From positions 798,568-862,567 of the forward strand of contig CAZFGX010000001.1 in NCBI GenBank assembly GCA_964518565.1: a stretch of 64,000 nt of DNA. The letters are read 5' to 3'. The position numbers were made by a program, and so were the translations under genes. Shown here in pieces: positions 10,412 to 19,499 of the stretch (position 1 is its first letter; each line of letters opens with the position of its first letter). Source of the DNA: an uncultured Gammaproteobacteria bacterium (GTDB lineage Bacteria > Patescibacteriota > Microgenomatia > CAZETR01 > Amesbacteraceae). The notes beneath the pieces are model-generated. The model had not been told where the DNA came from. It did no database searches and saw only the letters and a list, made by a program, of their open reading frames with translations.

Positions 10412-11101
10412 TTATTGTTTAACGATTTTTCCATCTCTGACCAGAATTTGCCGATTCGCTTCAGCGGCAATGTCTGGATCATGGGTTACCATAACTATGG
10501 TAATACCTGCCTTATGCAAGTCTTTAAATAATTGCAAAATTTGCTCTCCAGTTTTGGAATCGAGATTTCCTGTGGGTTCATCTGCCAATAAAAGCGACGG
10601 CTTAGTTACCAGCGCCCGAGCAATCGCTACTCGCTGCTGTTGCCCTCCTGATAACTGCGAGGGTTTATTTTTTAGCTTCTCACCCAACCCTACCCGTTCC
10701 AACTCTTCTTTTGCCAAACGTTCTCGTTCAGTTCTACTCATACCTCGATATATAAGTGGTAATTCGACATTTACCAGTGCCGGAGTTCGTGCCAGCAAAT
10801 TAAATTGTTGAAACACAAAACCGATTTTTTTATTCCGAAATTCCGCCAGTTTATTGTCATTAAACGTCACTACGTCTTCACCATCCACCAAAATATGTCC
10901 TTCACTCGGCCGATCCAGCAAACCAATCAAATTTAATAAAGTAGATTTTCCCGACCCAGACGGACCAATAATGGCCACAAACTCTCCTTCAAAAACAGAA
11001 AATGATGCCTCCGATAGAGCTTTAACCTGAACAGAAGGATCATCAGGACTCGTATAAATCCGTGATACGTTTTCAAATTGAATTACTGGTATTTTTTTCA
11101 T
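10412..11101 (-). CDS. ABC transporter ATP-binding protein (MacB/LolD-like)
   Basis: Walker A GPSGSGKST, signature LSGGQQQRVAIARAL, Walker B LLLADEPT, H-loop. Confidence 0.85.
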   Translation of the reverse strand: MKKIPVIQFENVSRIYTSPDDPSVQVKALSEASFSVFEGEFVAIIGPSGSGKSTLLNLIGLLDRPSEGHILVDGEDVVTFNDNKLAEFRNKKIGFVFQQFNLLARTPALVNVELPLIYRGMSRTERERLAKEELERVGLGEKLKNKPSQLSGGQQQRVAIARALVTKPSLLLADEPTGNLDSKTGEQILQLFKDLHKAGITIVMVTHDPDIAAEANRQILVRDGKIVKQ

Positions 11102-12093
11102 TGGACAACCACGACATCACCCTCTTGCAAGCCAGACGTAATCTGTACTTCAAAATCGCTTTCCAAGCCGGTAGTTACTTTCTTTTTTGTTCCATCTTTC
11201 ATTTGCACCTCACCATCTTTTACTGCTTCAATTGGCAACACCAACGCCCCCTTAGCTTCACCTAACTTCAATTCAGCATCACCATTCAACCCCACCTTCA
11301 ACTGACTACATACTTGGCCTACACTGTCACAAGAAAATGTCACCCAAATAGGCAAAACTGTAGCTCCTGTATCGCCGATTTTCGTTGCATAACCCACACG
11401 AGAAACTGTTGCTGGAATTTTTACATCTTTGAATGCATCCAAAACAATCGTTACGTCTTGATGAACATATACACGAGTAATATCGTCTTCGTTCACTGCC
11501 ACATCAAAATACAATGACGCAGGATCCACTACGGTCATTCCATCGGTCACCCCAACAGTATCCCCAGCCACACTTACTGTACTACTTGTCACAACTCCTG
11601 CAATTGGCGATTTCAATGTCGCATCTCGGACAGCTTTTTGAGCCACCAGCCAAGCATCATAAGCTTTATCTCGAGTCGTCTGTGCACTCACCCGGGTACT
11701 TTTCTCCAAAAAAGATTCAGTACTGTCTTTATTTTTTACGGTATCCTCAATATATTTTGCATTCGCATCCGCAGCCAAATAATTGTAACGTGCCGCCCGT
11801 TCAGTGGCTTGCAAATCTCCCAAATCAAGGCCAGCTAGCCATTCACCTGCAGTTACTGGTTGTCCAGCAAATGCTCTCACAAAAGCCAACTTTCCCGCTG
11901 AGCCAAAAGTGAGCGACGCTTTTCGTTCGGCATCCACTTTTCCAGATACTACCAAAGTAGATACTAAATCTTTTCGTTGTACAGTAGCCGTCTTTACTTC
12001 GACAGTCGTCTTTGTTCTACTTTTCCACCAAAATCCAATAGCCAAAAGTACAATTAAGCCCAAAATATACCGCTTTTTTAAAAATCTCCGCAT
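11098..12093 (-). CDS. periplasmic adaptor subunit (HlyD/MacA family) of the ABC efflux system
   Basis: 331 aa, N-terminal TM anchor, biotinyl/lipoyl-like and beta-barrel segments; start overlaps the ATPase gene, consistent with an operon. Confidence 0.65.
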   Translation of the reverse strand: MRRFLKKRYILGLIVLLAIGFWWKSRTKTTVEVKTATVQRKDLVSTLVVSGKVDAERKASLTFGSAGKLAFVRAFAGQPVTAGEWLAGLDLGDLQATERAARYNYLAADANAKYIEDTVKNKDSTESFLEKSTRVSAQTTRDKAYDAWLVAQKAVRDATLKSPIAGVVTSSTVSVAGDTVGVTDGMTVVDPASLYFDVAVNEDDITRVYVHQDVTIVLDAFKDVKIPATVSRVGYATKIGDTGATVLPIWVTFSCDSVGQVCSQLKVGLNGDAELKLGEAKGALVLPIEAVKDGEVQMKDGTKKKVTTGLESDFEVQITSGLQEGDVVVVQ

Positions 12094-12114
12094 AAATATA
12101 TTTTAACATGTGAA

Positions 12115-14280
12115 TTGCAAATTCGTCACAACGTATCTACACTTTATCGAGTAGGCATGAAAACATTATTCCTGTTTTCGATTATCACAGTTGTTACGCT
12201 TCTATTTCTTGCTCCTCAAAAAACCCTAGCCAGATCAAGCCCATTTCGTAAAACTATCGCCCTTGAACTAGACACGCTATGCAATCGCCCGCAACGCGCT
12301 TCTTTCCCTGCCGGGGCAGTTCCCGGCCAATATGTTTACCCACTCACCCAACGCGACATAAACTACATAAAAGATCTCGGAGCATCGTTAGTTATTATCC
12401 AAGGCGGTCCAGCTCTTTGGGCCAATGTTGCCAAAACTGATCCATATGCAAATAATCAAAATCCCGCCAATTGGAACAATACCAATTACAATTGGGAACC
12501 TCTAGATCGAGCTCTGGGCTTACTTCAGTTAAATAATATTGAACCCATCATCCAATCCTTTGGTACTCCATCATGGGCCAATGGCATTTATACCGATTCA
12601 TCTCTAGATTCAGATAATTGTTTTGATCTTCTGGACAACGGCCCCATTCTTCCCACTGCCCATAGCGGGCTTACTGAATATGCCAATTTTATGCAAGCCG
12701 TCGCCACGCGTTACGACGGGACCCATGCACCAAACCCATATCGCTTGGGAGGCTTTATCAGGGTAAACCGTTACATCCTCTGGAACGAACCCAATTATCA
12801 AGATTTCTGGACCGAAATTCGCAACGGTTTTCGTGTTCAAGATGTCGCTCAAGATTCAAGTTTAATAAACAAATTTGTCACCTTAAACAACCAAGCGTAC
12901 AACATGATCAAAGATGTAAATGCTTCCTCAATAATTTACGGCGGTGCTATCTGTGGCCATTGTGAAGGATTTACTTGGCTCAAATCGGCCTACAATGCCG
13001 GACTCAAGCTAGATGCCATTGCTGCCCATCCGTATCCCATTGATTACAATGTCAGTCCTTCAAATCAAACTCCTACCTCCACTCAGCTTTCTACAAACAA
13101 CATTCAAGCCTTAAAAAATCTTGTGGATAGTCTGCCAAATTGGGCAAACAAACCTATCTTCATGTCCGAATCAGGCTACAGAACCCACGAAGGTAAATTG
13201 TTTCCTAACGCTCAAGCAAACGAAGGACCATGGTTGTCTGAGATCTTCAGCATCTCCAAAGCCGTCCCGACCAATTATGGCTGGACCCAATTTTTACTTT
13301 ACCCAGAATCAAATTGGGGCACTGGACTAGTCTCAGATACTGGATCTGAAGCTTCCGATATTCGCTATCCTTCCTATTCAGTCTTCAAATCCACAGCTGA
13401 AATTTACCCCATGGACATGAACAACGACAAAATCATCAATTACAAAGATAATGTTCTTTTCATAAACGAAATTGGCCAATCCAACTCACTACTCAAAGAT
13501 CAAGCCGATCTAAACTCCGATGGCAAAATAAATTCTCTAGATTTCGCCCTCTCTACCAAAAACCGCAACGCCGATTTCCCCTTAACTGTTTCCCTGCCAG
13601 CCAAAGTTCCACTACCCATTAGATACGACGAAGTCACTATTTACCCCGACGGCAAACAAATACTTATTTATGGTTCAAATATGTGGGAAAGACCCAATCT
13701 ATCTACCACCTTCTGGTCAAGTGGACCGTTAGAAACCATATTTTTAGGTCAAAATGCTCCAGTCAGACTACCCAACACTCATATCGATAGCTACTCCGTC
13801 ATCCCTGATGGTGAAAATGCCGGAAGCATCACAGTCACAAGTGACAATCGTCGCTGGTATCGTAACAAACACGAACTCACCTGGACCACCTCCACCCTCA
13901 GCGAGCTTTGGACTGGACACACATCCAACTATCCTCTACCTATCAATGTCATTGAATCAAATACCATTATTCCTGCCGGACTCCCGACTGCTGGTGGTCA
14001 GTTAATTACTTCCGGAAACCGATATTGGTGGCGCAACTCCCAAACGAGCACCAGTTGGACGAGTGGCACATTAGCGGAATTATTCACTGGCCACTCTTCT
14101 TCCACTCCCTTACCCACTACCAAAATAGATGCAGTTATCACTTTTCCATCAAACTCACCTTATCCTGGTTGGCAATTTGTTTATTCAAGCGACCGCTACT
14201 GGTACCGTACCAATCTAAATTCCACCAGTTGGACCACAAATACTATTACCAACTCACTATCAGGCCACCAAGTCTACTAA
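12115..14280 (+). CDS. secreted glycoside hydrolase (clan GH-A TIM barrel, GH5/GH39-like) with dockerin module and three C-terminal ~60-aa repeats
   Basis: Signal peptide. ILWNEPNY (acid/base NEP motif) and IFMSESGY (nucleophile Glu). Dockerin Ca-loops DMNNDKIINYKD and DLNSDGKINSLD lie ~31 aa apart. Three RYW(Y/W)RN...SWT repeats follow. Confidence 0.75.
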   Translation: MQIRHNVSTLYRVGMKTLFLFSIITVVTLLFLAPQKTLARSSPFRKTIALELDTLCNRPQRASFPAGAVPGQYVYPLTQRDINYIKDLGASLVIIQGGPALWANVAKTDPYANNQNPANWNNTNYNWEPLDRALGLLQLNNIEPIIQSFGTPSWANGIYTDSSLDSDNCFDLLDNGPILPTAHSGLTEYANFMQAVATRYDGTHAPNPYRLGGFIRVNRYILWNEPNYQDFWTEIRNGFRVQDVAQDSSLINKFVTLNNQAYNMIKDVNASSIIYGGAICGHCEGFTWLKSAYNAGLKLDAIAAHPYPIDYNVSPSNQTPTSTQLSTNNIQALKNLVDSLPNWANKPIFMSESGYRTHEGKLFPNAQANEGPWLSEIFSISKAVPTNYGWTQFLLYPESNWGTGLVSDTGSEASDIRYPSYSVFKSTAEIYPMDMNNDKIINYKDNVLFINEIGQSNSLLKDQADLNSDGKINSLDFALSTKNRNADFPLTVSLPAKVPLPIRYDEVTIYPDGKQILIYGSNMWERPNLSTTFWSSGPLETIFLGQNAPVRLPNTHIDSYSVIPDGENAGSITVTSDNRRWYRNKHELTWTTSTLSELWTGHTSNYPLPINVIESNTIIPAGLPTAGGQLITSGNRYWWRNSQTSTSWTSGTLAELFTGHSSSTPLPTTKIDAVITFPSNSPYPGWQFVYSSDRYWYRTNLNSTSWTTNTITNSLSGHQVY

Positions 14281-14286
14281 ACACAT

Positions 14287-16479
14287 ATGATCAAATCACT
14301 CATCATTATCGGCGTACTAGCTACCACTCTCATCGTTGGTCTAAATTTAGCCAACAGAACTCAACGCATAAATTCAGAAGCAAGCAGTTTCAACACTCGC
14401 CTTTCATTACCAGCGACTTCTACCGCCACAGTAAACCAAACACTATCTCTGCCTGTTATGTTAAATACTGGCACAGCTCAAATCAGAGGCGCGGACGTGG
14501 TGCTTCAATACGACAAAACCAAACTCTCACTCAAATCTATCACTCCCAGTCTCTCTTCATCTTCTTTTACGTATCTACCGATAAACACTTCACATCTATT
14601 TGATATCAACAAAATTCTCCAACAAAGTAGTATTTCCGGCAACAATCAGACAATTGAATTTAACCTGGCCACTACTTCCATAGATAATCCTCAACCCACA
14701 ACCTTCTCCACGAACAACCAACCTATCCAAATTGCTATTCTCACATTCGATACTCTTAGCACTGGCAATACTCAAGTCTCTCTTATCAAAAATGGCGCTT
14801 CAACTACAGATAGTAATATCGCCCAAGCTGACAGTGGCCTAGATATTTTAGATTTTGTAGATAATAGTCTTGTTACAATTTCATCTCCCTCCACTTCCAC
14901 ACCCATTCCACCAACCGCGACAAAAACTCCATCAAACTCACCTACACTACCACCATCACCCACACCCACTCTCACACTCACCCCCACGCCTACACCCAAT
15001 CCGATCGGTTACCTAGACGATGCCACTTGTGCCACAATTTATGGCTGGTCATGTGATCCAAACTATAAAAATATTTCTGCCACAGTAACGATCAAAATCG
15101 ACGGCATTCCTCTCACACTTGTTACCGCCAACCAAACCCGGACAGACTTAAGTTCAGTATGTGGCAACACGACAAATCACGGATTCTCAATAAATACTCC
15201 AGCTTCAGTTTTTGACGGTCAATCTCACACTGTTACGGCCAGCAGCTCAATAAACGGTTATGTTAAAAATCTTACTGGTTCCAAAACCTTACGCTGTGTA
15301 ATCGCCACCGTCACCCCACGTCCATCCCCTACGCCTACAATTCGTCCCTCAATCACACCCACCCCCTCGCCCACCCCCACACCGATACCCACATCAACGC
15401 CCAAGCCTACTGCTACCAAAACCCCCACACCTATCCCTTCCACCACCACCTTCCCTCCAACACTCACTCCTGTCCCCACCACAATTCCCACAGCCACCGC
15501 TATACCCACTCCTATTCCAGATGGCTGGACTCGCTGTGCCACAGAAAACAATTTCTGCGCCTTTACCGGCACAGCTCAAGTCCGCTATGGCTTATTTGGA
15601 GCATATAACTATGGCGTCTTCACCAACGGCGTCCAATGTGCCAATTCTGTTTTCGGCGATCCTTTCGTCGGCTTTATAAAATATTGCGACTACCAATTAA
15701 TATCCACTCCCACACCTACCAAACCTCCCGTGGCCACCTCTACACCAAAGCCCACCACACCTCCTCAATCCACTAGCACCCCCAAACCCACCACACCTCC
15801 AGCCCCCACCTCTACACCTACTCCATCTTCCGATTGGATATATTGTGCCCAAGAACGCGAATTCTGTTCCTTTACAGGAACTGCAGAAATTCGCTATGGC
15901 ACACTCGGCAGTTACAATTACGGCACGTATACAAACGGTGTGGAGTGCAGCAATTCTGTTTTTGGCGACCCTTTCTGGGGTTTACGCAAACATTGTGATT
16001 ACCGCGTAATTACACCCGCTCCTGTTCCCACCCCCACTCTCCCAATCCTAAACAACGTCTTTAACATCTTTTACAACAATCTAGATTCCTCATGGCAAAA
16101 CTGGTCCTGGGATACCAATGTTCAAATTACCGATATTATTTCTACCACCTCAAACTCAAACAACGCTGGATTATATTTACGTAACCGTAACCCTCTACCT
16201 ACCAGCCAATATCAATATCTAAAATTCGATCTCAAAGCCAAACAACTACCCACCACAATTCGCATATTTGCATATGGTCAAAATTCCAACCCGCCTCTAA
16301 ATTCAGGCCTAGACATTAGTTCATACGGAACGATATCCACCCAAAATTTCATTACATTCAAAATTCCCCTATCCCAACTCAATGCAAACCAAACGGTATA
16401 TGGATTTTCATTCCAAATTTACGGCACATCTTCTTCAGGGAAAACAGTTTACCTAGACGATATTGTGTTATCAAACTAA
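14287..16479 (+). CDS. secreted multi-domain protein: cohesin-like module, PT linker, two Cys-rich ~58-aa repeats, conserved C-terminal domain
   Basis: Residues ~48-200 (LSLPVMLNTGTAQIRGADVVLQYDKTKLSL ... IAILTFDTLSTGNTQVSL ... LVTIS) follow the cohesin beta-sandwich pattern. Repeats GWTRCATENNFCAFTGTAQVRYG... and DWIYCAQEREFCSFTGTAEIRYG... are present. The C-terminus holds the shared W-x-W/LYLR/IDDI domain. Confidence 0.6.
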   Translation: MIKSLIIIGVLATTLIVGLNLANRTQRINSEASSFNTRLSLPATSTATVNQTLSLPVMLNTGTAQIRGADVVLQYDKTKLSLKSITPSLSSSSFTYLPINTSHLFDINKILQQSSISGNNQTIEFNLATTSIDNPQPTTFSTNNQPIQIAILTFDTLSTGNTQVSLIKNGASTTDSNIAQADSGLDILDFVDNSLVTISSPSTSTPIPPTATKTPSNSPTLPPSPTPTLTLTPTPTPNPIGYLDDATCATIYGWSCDPNYKNISATVTIKIDGIPLTLVTANQTRTDLSSVCGNTTNHGFSINTPASVFDGQSHTVTASSSINGYVKNLTGSKTLRCVIATVTPRPSPTPTIRPSITPTPSPTPTPIPTSTPKPTATKTPTPIPSTTTFPPTLTPVPTTIPTATAIPTPIPDGWTRCATENNFCAFTGTAQVRYGLFGAYNYGVFTNGVQCANSVFGDPFVGFIKYCDYQLISTPTPTKPPVATSTPKPTTPPQSTSTPKPTTPPAPTSTPTPSSDWIYCAQEREFCSFTGTAEIRYGTLGSYNYGTYTNGVECSNSVFGDPFWGLRKHCDYRVITPAPVPTPTLPILNNVFNIFYNNLDSSWQNWSWDTNVQITDIISTTSNSNNAGLYLRNRNPLPTSQYQYLKFDLKAKQLPTTIRIFAYGQNSNPPLNSGLDISSYGTISTQNFITFKIPLSQLNANQTVYGFSFQIYGTSSSGKTVYLDDIVLSN

Positions 16480-16511
16480 ATACTTTACTATAATAAAGTA
16501 CCAATCAAGTC

Positions 16512-18635
16512 ATGCATCCACATAAAAAAATCGCTCATCTTTCACTTCTGGTTATTCTCTCCGCTATTATTGCCACCGCTGCCATTATCCGCAATATCCA
16601 TCCACAAAAAGTCTACGCTGCTACCCCAATAGACGACTCCCCCGTCACCAAAAATGTTCTTGTCTTAAATTTTAATCCTATTATAGAAAGCCAAGGTGGT
16701 CAAAGGTTAACTCAACTCAAAAATTGGTCTGATCCACATGCCATTACCACCCAAATCGTAAACGCTTTTCCATCCATTAGCCATGGATATTTATCTATAA
16801 ATGTGACTGAATTCCAGGATTTAGACCAAATCTTTCCGCTCATTGACGGCTACCAATACACTGACGACACATTGCTTACCTGTCTATCAAACACCTCCAC
16901 CTGTCACAATCCCCAGGGTACTGACTACGCTCGAATGTTTACCGACTTCAATATTTGCTCCAAAAATGTCGACGAAATCTGGCTCTGGGGCGGACCATAT
17001 TTTGGCTATGAAGAGTTTAAACCCGTAAATTATTGTGGCAAAACCCAATTTGTCATGGGCTTTAGTTATGAACGTATGTTTGATGAAGCCATTCATGATT
17101 TTGGCCACCGGATGGAATTTGTAGGCAACAATCGTGTGGGTGATGGCAACTGGCAACAAAACGAGTCAAATGCCTGGAATCGCTATTCACTTATCGCCAA
17201 TCATTGTGGCAATGTTCACTATCCTCCAGGTTCTTCAATTCCCCAAGACGAATACATCTACAACAAGTCAGCGTCAGTCAGTTCAGATTGTGACGGGTAT
17301 CTCAACTATCCAGATGGGCCATTCACTCAAACGTCACTCACCTGTAGTGCATGGGGCTGTACCCAGGGTGGCTACGTCCAATGGTGGCTCTCACACATCC
17401 CTGCTAAAACTGGTCAAACTGTTGTCAACAACAAAACCATTTACAACAATTGGTGGAAATACTATGCCTTTTACGACGAGACATATGCTCCAACCCCCAC
17501 AAACACCGCAGGTCAATTTACCAACCTAAATGCGACATTAGAACCAAACAAATCCACTTTCAACTTTGCCTATTCTTCAGCCGCCAGCTCATATCGCATA
17601 GACATGTCTATCAGCGCAGACATGGTGTCTGGCACCTATTTATCATTTGGCCAGGGCACTAGCTCACCCATAGTGGTAAACGATCCCACCAAATGGGCTT
17701 CATACACCTGTGGCACACAATTTTGGTGGCGAGTTGTAACGCCTGAAAACTATATGAGTCCAATACAAACAGCGACAGTAGTCTGTAACAACGTCACCCC
17801 AACCACCACTCCCACTATTGGCCAATATACCAATCTCAGCTCCAGCCTTATTGCTACTCAAGCAACATTCAACTTCAACTACTCAGCCACCGCCAGTGCC
17901 TATCGAGTTGATATGTCCATCACTCCCGACATGTCATCGGGCACCTATCTCACCTTTGGTCAAGGCACATCTTCACCAATCATCGTTACCAATCCCACCA
18001 AATGGGCTTCATACACCTGTGGCACACAATTTTGGTGGCGTGTTATCGGATCTGACAGTTCTCAAAGCGCCATCCAACCCGCAGTGGTCAATTGTTCTAT
18101 CCCTACATCCACCCCGACCCCAATTCCCCCAACTCCCACAAACACTCCGCTTCCCACATCTACGCCCAAACCCACCCCTACACCCATCCCTCCTACTCCC
18201 ACACCAATTAAACCATTAGTTATTTATAGCAATAGTCTGACAGCTCCATGGCAAAATGCCAGCTACGGTGGCTCTACCACCTTCGGTTCAAACATCAAAT
18301 TCGTCTCCACTCAATCAGGTGGTCGAATGTATCTCAGATCTACCACTGCCATCTCTGCTCTGCCCTACAACTTCATCAAATTCTCTCTCAAAGGCAGTAC
18401 TCCAAATCTAAACATTCGTCTCCATGGTTACGGAATTAGTACTTCTACACCCATGGCAACCTACGGATTAACTTCAGCCAAGGGCTCACCGAGCAATTCC
18501 TCCTTTACGTCATACACAGTCGACTTAGCCAAAATAGACCCCACCGATGCCAACATCTACGGTATCGCATTTGAATTATATGGTTCCTCTGTAGGCAAAA
18601 CCCTCTATATAGACGACATCTCTCTGACGAAGTAA
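16512..18635 (+). CDS. secreted multi-domain protein of unknown function with two tandem ~100-aa repeats and conserved C-terminal domain
   Basis: Signal peptide; internal duplicated module (...KWASYTCGTQFWWRV...) encoded with a 47-bp perfect DNA repeat; PT linker; C-terminal shared domain. Confidence 0.6.
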   Translation: MHPHKKIAHLSLLVILSAIIATAAIIRNIHPQKVYAATPIDDSPVTKNVLVLNFNPIIESQGGQRLTQLKNWSDPHAITTQIVNAFPSISHGYLSINVTEFQDLDQIFPLIDGYQYTDDTLLTCLSNTSTCHNPQGTDYARMFTDFNICSKNVDEIWLWGGPYFGYEEFKPVNYCGKTQFVMGFSYERMFDEAIHDFGHRMEFVGNNRVGDGNWQQNESNAWNRYSLIANHCGNVHYPPGSSIPQDEYIYNKSASVSSDCDGYLNYPDGPFTQTSLTCSAWGCTQGGYVQWWLSHIPAKTGQTVVNNKTIYNNWWKYYAFYDETYAPTPTNTAGQFTNLNATLEPNKSTFNFAYSSAASSYRIDMSISADMVSGTYLSFGQGTSSPIVVNDPTKWASYTCGTQFWWRVVTPENYMSPIQTATVVCNNVTPTTTPTIGQYTNLSSSLIATQATFNFNYSATASAYRVDMSITPDMSSGTYLTFGQGTSSPIIVTNPTKWASYTCGTQFWWRVIGSDSSQSAIQPAVVNCSIPTSTPTPIPPTPTNTPLPTSTPKPTPTPIPPTPTPIKPLVIYSNSLTAPWQNASYGGSTTFGSNIKFVSTQSGGRMYLRSTTAISALPYNFIKFSLKGSTPNLNIRLHGYGISTSTPMATYGLTSAKGSPSNSSFTSYTVDLAKIDPTDANIYGIAFELYGSSVGKTLYIDDISLTK

Positions 18636-18663
18636 CCTAAATACGGTATAATTTGTGAGTCCC

Positions 18664-18698
18664 GGGTGCGTAGTTCAATGGTAGCCCGCTTTCTTGAT
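18664..18698 (+). pseudogene. truncated tRNA-like fragment (5' 35 nt resembling downstream tRNA-Ile)
   Basis: GGGTGCGTAGTTCAATGGTAGCCCGCTTTCTTGAT matches the first 35 nt of tRNA-Ile at 18789 with 4 mismatches, but no T-arm or acceptor 3' strand follows; hairpin-rich spacer after it. Confidence 0.35.
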
Positions 18699-18788
18699 CA
18701 CGAAGCCGCTTGCGGCGAAGGGATAGAAAAAATTCTCTCGTAAAGAATTTTTGATATAAGAAAGAGGGACACAGAACATTTTAAATTT

Positions 18789-18863
18789 GGGTGCGTAGTT
18801 CAGTGGTAGAACGCTTTCCTGATAAGAAAGAGGTCCATGGTTCGATTCCATGCGCACCCACCA
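18789..18863 (+). tRNA. tRNA-Ile (anticodon GAU), CCA encoded
   Basis: GGGTGCG/CGCACCC acceptor, GTTC/GAAC D-stem, CTTTC-CTGATAA-GAAAG anticodon arm, GGTTCGATTCC T-arm, terminal CCA. Confidence 0.85.
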
Positions 18864-18912
18864 AAAATCTCCTTGACGAATAAAAAAATTTTATGCTACG
18901 CTAGATGTAGAC

Positions 18913-19470
18913 ATGAAAAAACTGAAAAATAAATCAGACATTATAAAAACTTCAGTTGCCGTCATCGCTTCTTCATTTGCAGTAGTTCTTGCCACATCTC
19001 AACACTCAGTTTCTTACAACGCCAAAGCCGCAATTGAACCTACCCCTCTATATACGATTTTCAAAGATAGTCTAGCCAGTGGTTGGGAAAATTGGTCCTG
19101 GGGTGGCAAAGCCACTATTACCGATTACATTACATTTGTGACGACCTCCAACAACGGTGGTCTCTATTTACGCAGTAAAACTGCAGTCAACATGAGCCCA
19201 TTTGTTAGCCTACGTTTTTCTCTGAATGCGTCAAATTCAGAAAACATGATAAAAATATATTTTTACGGCGCAGACAAATCTACTCCGCTTAATCCCAAAG
19301 GGGAATACATTCTTCCTTATCGAGTATCTGGATCACAATACAACTACACTCTTCCACTATCTATGATGCACCTACCCAGCAACCCAAGTGTGTATGGTTT
19401 CTCACTCCAGTTTTATGGCTCAAATAGTAACAACAAAGAGCTTCGAATCGACGACATCTATTTGAAATAG
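18913..19470 (+). CDS. small secreted protein consisting essentially of one copy of the locus-specific conserved domain
   Basis: 185 aa, signal/anchor, then WENWSW...GLYLRS...YGFSLQFYG...IDDIYLK. Confidence 0.6.
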   Translation: MKKLKNKSDIIKTSVAVIASSFAVVLATSQHSVSYNAKAAIEPTPLYTIFKDSLASGWENWSWGGKATITDYITFVTTSNNGGLYLRSKTAVNMSPFVSLRFSLNASNSENMIKIYFYGADKSTPLNPKGEYILPYRVSGSQYNYTLPLSMMHLPSNPSVYGFSLQFYGSNSNNKELRIDDIYLK

Positions 19471-19499
19471 ATCCTAGTTTTCTGGTACAAATAATTAGC

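Noticed and set aside
14880-15500. Short CCNACNCC-type nucleotide repeats (also 18110-18200, 20560-20640, 21720-21840), considered as tandem-repeat or CRISPR-like structure
   Set aside because: They are in frame inside long ORFs and encode Pro/Thr linkers (PTPTPTP...). There are no regular repeat-spacer units and no cas genes.
18664-18788. Interpreting the first tRNA-like segment as an intron-containing tRNA
   Set aside because: No T-arm (TTCGA loop) or acceptor 3' strand can be found downstream of the putative intron; a 5' fragment fits better.
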